A stretch of 21,946 bases of DNA from Candidatus Thorarchaeota archaeon (GTDB lineage: Archaea; Asgardarchaeota; Thorarchaeia; Thorarchaeales; Thorarchaeaceae), in assembly GCA_016839605.1 (NCBI GenBank), contig JAEOTX010000181.1, positions 1-21,946 of the forward strand. The letters run 5' to 3'. The notes beneath the pieces were generated by a model, which made no database searches, was not told the DNA's origin, and was given only the letters and a program-made list of their open reading frames with translations. This document shows positions 16,811 through 21,946 of this stretch, one piece after another. The translations under genes and the position numbers were made by a program. Each line of letters opens with the position of its first letter. Positions within the stretch are counted from its first letter, which is position 1.

Positions 16811-18952
16811 TCAGAATTGGTGCTCTACCTTTGTGAATTTGAATCCCTCATTCATCATTCCTAATCTGACACCAGCAACCAGCCACGAAATGATGCATAG
16901 AATTTCAAGACCAACCACCAGCGTAACAAGGAGTCGGATCACGAATGCAATCTCAAGCGCAGTGGGGAAGACTGAGAATGTTGCGAATACAATTATAGCC
17001 ACTACTGCACCAAATCCCAATCCCAATACTGATGATACCCTGATGTACTGACCTTCAAATGCACGTCCCGTGTTTTCCACTTCTGCGGCGAGATTCATGT
17101 TGAGAGAAAGCACTAGTACGAAGCTGACTGCGTAGAGTGCAAGCAAGACTGCTGCCGCTGTGCTTGCAACATGAGCAATACCTACATTGAAGGCAATTAA
17201 TGGAATCATGAGCGCAAAGATGACACTAATACCCATTAACATCTGCCCGCCAGTGTATCCTCTTCCATATGAGTATCCAGCTAGTGATACATTGCGCAAG
17301 AGAAGCATAAGTGCAGGCAATGCAACAACTGTTGATGATTGAATGGCTTCAGGGATTAATGGGAATAGCCTGATGTTGAACCATTGGTTAGTTGGCCAAA
17401 TTGCCGCAGGACCACTGCCAAAGCCTCCAAGAATGAACATTACGAACAGACCAGATGTTAGAATACTTAGAATAACAGAGAGTGCTCCTTGCGAGTAACT
17501 AGTGAGCCCTCGTACAAATGTTTCAACCATAAGCAGGCCTTGAGTAATGATGACAATTATCCATGTAATAGTGACGAAGTCTGCAAGTACGAAGGGGTGA
17601 ACCATAAGGAAAATCGAGGTTAAGGCGAGAGGGATTCCCGTAATGACATCGGTCGTCGCAGCATAGAGCGCACCCATTAGGAACATTACTGCAGCAGGTG
17701 CCATTGAAAGCCAAATTCCAACACCTTCAGCTCCATCGAGCATTGTTCCAGCTTGAGCTGAAGCAATAACTCCCAATGCTGCAAGAAGGACCATAAACCA
17801 CTTGACGCCACCTTTGATGATGTCTTCTCCAATATGTGCTACACTCAGCTCTTTTGCTCCAAGACGCGGTGCGAGCATGATCCAAAATATCATGGAGGTG
17901 CAGAGAGCAAATATTAGTGCAGGATTTGTAACGAATATGTTCTCTTGTACTGGATCCAACGTGCTCCATGGCCTCCAGATGGATATTTCGCCAATTGAGG
18001 TAAATGGTCCTACAAATACTGCAGCTGAACCGATTAGGAAGGTCAAGAAGCCACTGATACCAAAAGCGAGTTTTGCTTTGTTGGGGGATCTGGCATATTC
18101 ACGTATACTACCCAATGGCGACCACCAATATAGGAAGGTGCTAAATTGGCCAATCAATAGAAAGGCGTAGCCGATGTAGACAATACCATTACCCATTATT
18201 TGACCTAAGGCAACTATGGGAATGAAGAAGGCATTCATTAGTCCGGCGAGGAAGCCGAACCAGTTCTTGCTTGTATCTGTATACAGTACTGCATTTAGTT
18301 GCCATAGAATGGCGAACAGGCCGAACTGGATTGAGAATCCAGACATGAAATTAGTCTGGCGATCCACATAAACTCCAGCCTGAGCAGGACCCACGAATAG
18401 ATTGATAATCATGATGGCTCCAACAGCAATGCATAGATAGATGATGTAGGAATAGTTGGAACCAAGCCGCAGTTTCAGAGCTCCGGAACCGAGTACCTGC
18501 AGCAACAGCCCAGCAATGAGCAAACCTAAGAACAAGGCGGCTGCCAATTGATATGTTTCGGTTTGGAATACCACAAAGGGGATTGTGGGAATCGGTAGAA
18601 GGGAGTAACCTGCAGTCATGAAGATGCCTACTACTGCAGCAGCGATACCCAACAATGCGCCAAATCCACTGATTCGACCGACTGGCTCAACTGCTACTCC
18701 ATCTGGTGTGGTCTGAGTGAATATTGTTTGCAATGAGCCTGTGTCTTCAATGCTTCTATGGATTTCAGGAGGTCTCTCAGAATCAGCGGTATCAGGTGAA
18801 TCAGTGCCTGCTTGAGAAATGTCAGGACTGGCGGCAACAGGAGAGCTGTCCCTACGACCTCTCTGCCATCTCCAGCAACAGACAAACGATCCTCCGACTA
18901 CTAAAATCATGAAAAGCATATTCAAAGTTGGGTCTGAGAATGCCTGCATCAT
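16811..18952 (-). CDS. Large polytopic membrane protein of unknown function
   Basis: 713 aa: one N-terminal TM, a CCWRWQRGRR segment, a disordered linker, then roughly 17-18 TM helices. SD-like GAGGA upstream. Confidence 0.85.
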   Translation of the reverse strand: MMQAFSDPTLNMLFMILVVGGSFVCCWRWQRGRRDSSPVAASPDISQAGTDSPDTADSERPPEIHRSIEDTGSLQTIFTQTTPDGVAVEPVGRISGFGALLGIAAAVVGIFMTAGYSLLPIPTIPFVVFQTETYQLAAALFLGLLIAGLLLQVLGSGALKLRLGSNYSYIIYLCIAVGAIMIINLFVGPAQAGVYVDRQTNFMSGFSIQFGLFAILWQLNAVLYTDTSKNWFGFLAGLMNAFFIPIVALGQIMGNGIVYIGYAFLLIGQFSTFLYWWSPLGSIREYARSPNKAKLAFGISGFLTFLIGSAAVFVGPFTSIGEISIWRPWSTLDPVQENIFVTNPALIFALCTSMIFWIMLAPRLGAKELSVAHIGEDIIKGGVKWFMVLLAALGVIASAQAGTMLDGAEGVGIWLSMAPAAVMFLMGALYAATTDVITGIPLALTSIFLMVHPFVLADFVTITWIIVIITQGLLMVETFVRGLTSYSQGALSVILSILTSGLFVMFILGGFGSGPAAIWPTNQWFNIRLFPLIPEAIQSSTVVALPALMLLLRNVSLAGYSYGRGYTGGQMLMGISVIFALMIPLIAFNVGIAHVASTAAAVLLALYAVSFVLVLSLNMNLAAEVENTGRAFEGQYIRVSSVLGLGFGAVVAIIVFATFSVFPTALEIAFVIRLLVTLVVGLEILCIISWLVAGVRLGMMNEGFKFTKVEHQF

Positions 18953-19126
18953 CTAATTCCTCACTCGAAGATGGTCGACCGTTGGCTTCGGCTACATTTG
19001 TGTGAGCTATAAATGCCTATCGGAGCCAGCGAAGAACAATGGACTTCTCTTGTGTAGCGCATTTTTTTTCATGCTTAGGAATACCTAAAAGGTGCGACAT
19101 CGCAACCCCCCCCGAGGTTGGACAAT

Positions 19127-19276
19127 ATGACTTCTGACTTGAAAGTAATTGTCGGTGGAGAAGAACTGCATATGAACGAATTCGTTGCAAACGTAATTCA
19201 TGATGTTGTTCTTGCTATTCTCAATAATCTTCGCGATATCCATCTAGATGAAATATCAAAAATCGAGGTTTCATAA
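19127..19276 (+). CDS. 49-aa protein resembling the C-terminal extension of archaeal MobB
   Basis: Manual translation: MTSDLKVIVGGEELHMNEFVANVIHDVVLAILNNLRDIHLDEISKIEVS. SD GAGG upstream; directly precedes AOR. Confidence 0.8.
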   Translation: MTSDLKVIVGGEELHMNEFVANVIHDVVLAILNNLRDIHLDEISKIEVS

Positions 19277-19318
19277 TAACCGGACCCTATCACCCATTGA
19301 TCTTGGATGTGAACATAA

Positions 19319-21142
19319 ATGACAGTGCTAGGTTGGAATGGTAAGGTTTTGTGGATAGACTTGTCCACTAAGGAAACAGTGGAAGAAGCTCTTGATCCAG
19401 GAATATATGAGAAGTTTATCGGTGGCAAGGGATTGGGATCTTACCTCCTCTATCGTGAGCTTGAGGCGGGCATTGATCCTCTTGGGCCACAGAATATACT
19501 CCTTTTCATGACTGGTCCGCTTCAAGGACTCCCTGCTCCTAATGTTGGGAGATGGTCACTCGTGACGAAATCACCCCTCACAGGAATATATCTTGACACT
19601 CATAGTGGCGGTGCACTTGGGAGAGAAATTAAGACCTCTGGATATGATGCTGTAGGTGTCAAGGGGAAAGCTGAGACCCCGACTACGATTGTCATTGCAG
19701 ATGACACTATTAGATTCGAGGATGCATCGGGCATATGGGGGCAAGGGGTTCATGAATCGACAAAGGCATTGAAGGATGCTAATCAGAAAGGAGCCAGTAT
19801 CTATGTAATCGGACCTGCTGGTGAGAATATAAGCCTCCTTGCTACGGGGTGCTGTGAGATTGCTCATCAGACTGGCCGGGGAGGCGCTGGGGCAGTTATG
19901 GGTTCAAAGAATCTCAAGGCTGTTGTGGCGAAGGGGTCCAAGCGGATAACACCTGCAGACAAGGATGTCTTTGGTGCTGTCCGAAAAGAGGCGCAAGAAC
20001 TCTGGGATGACAAGGGCCCGGACTTTGGCTTCAAGAAGTATGGCACTGCATCGTTGATTGAAACCGCGAATGCTAATGGTCAATTTCCGACTCGCAATTG
20101 GCAGAGTGGGTACTTTGAGGGGCATGAGAACCTCTGGCCAGAGAAGCTAGCTGATTGGTATGCAGGCGACGACATGTCATGTCCACACTGTATAATGCGA
20201 TGCACTCATGCTTATCGAACTGAGAATCCCGATGTTGAGGGTGAAGAAATCCTATCAACTCCTGAATATGAGACTTGGGGGATGATGGCTGGCGATTTGG
20301 GAATCGATGATCCACATGTGCTTCTCAAACTCTGCTATCTCGCTGACGACTTGGGACTTGACACTATTGGAGCAGGCTCTGTGATTGCTTTTGCCATGGA
20401 AGCCTTCGAGAAGGGCATACTCACTGAAGAGGAAATCGGATTCCCATTGAAGTTCGGTGATGGCCAAGCTGCAATCCGTACTCTTAGGATGATAGCCAAA
20501 AGAGAGGGCATTGGTGATGTGTTAGCACTTGGCACAAAGAAAGCTGCAGCCAAGATTGGAAAGGGTAGTGATGCACTAGCAGTTCATGTAAAGGGACTTG
20601 AGACTGCTGCATGGGATCCCCGAGGAAAGAGGGGATTGGGACTCTCATATGCGACAGGGGATGTAGGTTCTAGCCATCTCAGGGGATGGCCTGATACATC
20701 TGAACCACCAACTGAATCCGCTATTGATATGGTTGAGTCAATGCTCGAAAGCCGATATCTCAAGATTCTTCGTGACTCTCTTATTGTGTGTCATTTCGTC
20801 TGGAGATTCCCCCTTGGCTTTGAACCTCTCATACGTTTACTGAACGGTGCTACAGGGCTCAAATATGACCAAGAAAGCATCAACCTTTATGGACAGCGGA
20901 TTGAGACTCTGACTCGAATGTTCAATCAGAGAGAGGGAATATCCAGAGTTGATGACATTCTTCCTACGCGATTCTGGGAAGGCCAAGTCAGTGGCCCCAA
21001 CGAGGGATTACCAGCTTATGTAAGCAAAGAGGACTTCAATGCGAGTCTTGATCTATACTATGATCTTATGGGGTGGGACAAAGAGGATGGTCTACCCACG
21101 GCAGATACCCTGAAGAAACTGGGCTTAGATGAGATTGTGTGA
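19319..21142 (+). CDS. aor: Tungsten-dependent aldehyde:ferredoxin oxidoreductase family protein
   Basis: KSPLTG, GRGGAGAVMGSKNLKA, CPHCIMRC plus DSLIVCHF (4Fe-4S ligands), EYET, DDLGLDT. Confidence 0.96.
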   Translation: MTVLGWNGKVLWIDLSTKETVEEALDPGIYEKFIGGKGLGSYLLYRELEAGIDPLGPQNILLFMTGPLQGLPAPNVGRWSLVTKSPLTGIYLDTHSGGALGREIKTSGYDAVGVKGKAETPTTIVIADDTIRFEDASGIWGQGVHESTKALKDANQKGASIYVIGPAGENISLLATGCCEIAHQTGRGGAGAVMGSKNLKAVVAKGSKRITPADKDVFGAVRKEAQELWDDKGPDFGFKKYGTASLIETANANGQFPTRNWQSGYFEGHENLWPEKLADWYAGDDMSCPHCIMRCTHAYRTENPDVEGEEILSTPEYETWGMMAGDLGIDDPHVLLKLCYLADDLGLDTIGAGSVIAFAMEAFEKGILTEEEIGFPLKFGDGQAAIRTLRMIAKREGIGDVLALGTKKAAAKIGKGSDALAVHVKGLETAAWDPRGKRGLGLSYATGDVGSSHLRGWPDTSEPPTESAIDMVESMLESRYLKILRDSLIVCHFVWRFPLGFEPLIRLLNGATGLKYDQESINLYGQRIETLTRMFNQREGISRVDDILPTRFWEGQVSGPNEGLPAYVSKEDFNASLDLYYDLMGWDKEDGLPTADTLKKLGLDEIV

Positions 21143-21151
21143 CGGAAACCA

Positions 21152-21598
21152 TTAGAAGATGCGCTCTCTGAAGTATCTACGCAGGCATACGTCTTTCCGC
21201 ATCTCCGTGAATTCACTATCTAAGTAGAGCGTGATAACATCCGCTCTCTCCTCTCGAACCACTGCGTCAAGTGCCCTCAGCCCTTTTTCTTGAGCGATTT
21301 CGATAGTCATGTCGAGCATTCTCCTGCCTAGGTCGGTGCTTTCCAAAGCATCTTCTATTTCGAAATGAAGAACATGTCCTATATCCCCGAGTTCCGGATC
21401 TCTCACCACATCTAACTTCAAAGCGGCAACTACGATATCTCTTGTTGCTGCTACGATATACATGGTTTCTCGAGCTGCTCCAATTGATGAGAGCGGTTGG
21501 CGACTTGATAAGCCATGGAAGTCAAGACCTTCTCTCTTGTAGAACTCTTCTAAGGACATTCTGTCTTGAGCTGTGGCTAGCCTGACTTCTATCTCCAA
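21152..21598 (-). CDS. GNAT-fold protein with degenerate acetyl-CoA motifs
   Basis: GNAT spacing (YIVAA...IVVAAL...LGRRMLDMTIEIAQEKG...LY). TTG 21598 follows SD AGGAG; TTG 21616 is the alternative. Confidence 0.8.
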   Translation of the reverse strand: MEIEVRLATAQDRMSLEEFYKREGLDFHGLSSRQPLSSIGAARETMYIVAATRDIVVAALKLDVVRDPELGDIGHVLHFEIEDALESTDLGRRMLDMTIEIAQEKGLRALDAVVREERADVITLYLDSEFTEMRKDVCLRRYFRERIF

Positions 21599-21723
21599 TA
21601 ATCTCCTACTCCGCAAATTCCGAAAGACCCACCATAATAGATAGAAATGTTGTGGTAACGCAATCTGTCTTCTTGGTGCACATCTTCATATATTGAAACG
21701 TGGTTATTGCGTCTGAATTCATC

Positions 21724-21855
21724 ATGGAAACTTCAAATCCGTCACTAGACACAAGAAGCACTTCTGACAGCCTTCTCCTTCTCCTCCTAGCAATGTGCTT
21801 CATAATCCTCTTACTGGCTATAGCTTTCATCTACTTACCCGTTTTATACAGATAG
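21724..21855 (+). CDS. 43-aa single-TM small membrane protein
   Basis: Manual translation: METSNPSLDTRSTSDSLLLLLLAMCFIILLLAIAFIYLPVLYR. TATA-like ATATATT about 30 nt upstream; fits between its neighbours without overlap. Confidence 0.65.
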   Translation: METSNPSLDTRSTSDSLLLLLLAMCFIILLLAIAFIYLPVLYR

Positions 21856-21864
21856 GATATGCAT

Positions 21865-21946
21865 CTATTTGATTACTTCATATATCCTTTCAATGCATTT
21901 TGTGAACTCGCTATCAGGATGTCGCATTGTAACCACATAGCGACTG
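21865..21946 (-). CDS. C-terminal end of a gene entering from the right edge, possibly a MinD/ParA-family ATPase
   Basis: ...SRYVVTMRHPDSEFTKCIERIYEVIK*. Resembles the P-x-S plus amphipathic helix ending of MinD-like proteins, but only 26 codons are visible. Confidence 0.45.
   Translation of the reverse strand, partial: SRYVVTMRHPDSEFTKCIERIYEVIK

Noticed and set aside
18966-18990. CGAAG...GGTCGACC...CTTCG imperfect palindrome upstream of the 713-aa gene
   Set aside because: Short, imperfect and with a sterically poor loop; not distinguishable from chance.
21606-21830. 74-aa minus-strand ORF with an RRRRRR run
   Set aside because: Antisense of the poly-Leu TM microprotein at 21724..21855.
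1-21946. CRISPR arrays, tRNA/rRNA genes, IS elements, defence systems
   Set aside because: Intergenic gaps are all under about 300 nt and show no spaced repeats or cloverleafs; I recognised no transposase, nuclease or reverse-transcriptase motifs in the ORFs.

Overview
A gene-dense archaeal chromosomal window. The Rab-like small-GTPase domain, C2H2 zinc finger, giant FtsX-type permeases, AOR, geranylgeranyl reductase and TATA/GAGGTG signals suggest an Asgard archaeon, probably Thorarchaeia-like (inference only). Left third: a minus-strand type VII (MacB/LolCDE-like) ABC operon with two ATPases, one fused to an AbrB/MraZ-like C-terminal domain, two ~940-aa permeases, a small membrane protein and the start of a third permease paralogue at the window edge. 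Middle: a membrane protein, a double zinc-finger protein, a long acidic-linker protein ending in a degenerate Rab-like GTPase domain, a divergent APRT-like protein and a geranylgeranyl reductase. Right: hypothetical membrane proteins, a DnaJ-type zinc-finger membrane protein, a GDPD, a tungsten-type aldehyde:ferredoxin oxidoreductase preceded by a small MobB-C-terminal-like protein, and a degenerate GNAT. Manual translation found several credible small ORFs missing from the ORF track and signs of non-canonical (CTG/ATT) start codons. I saw no rRNA, tRNA, CRISPR array or mobile element.
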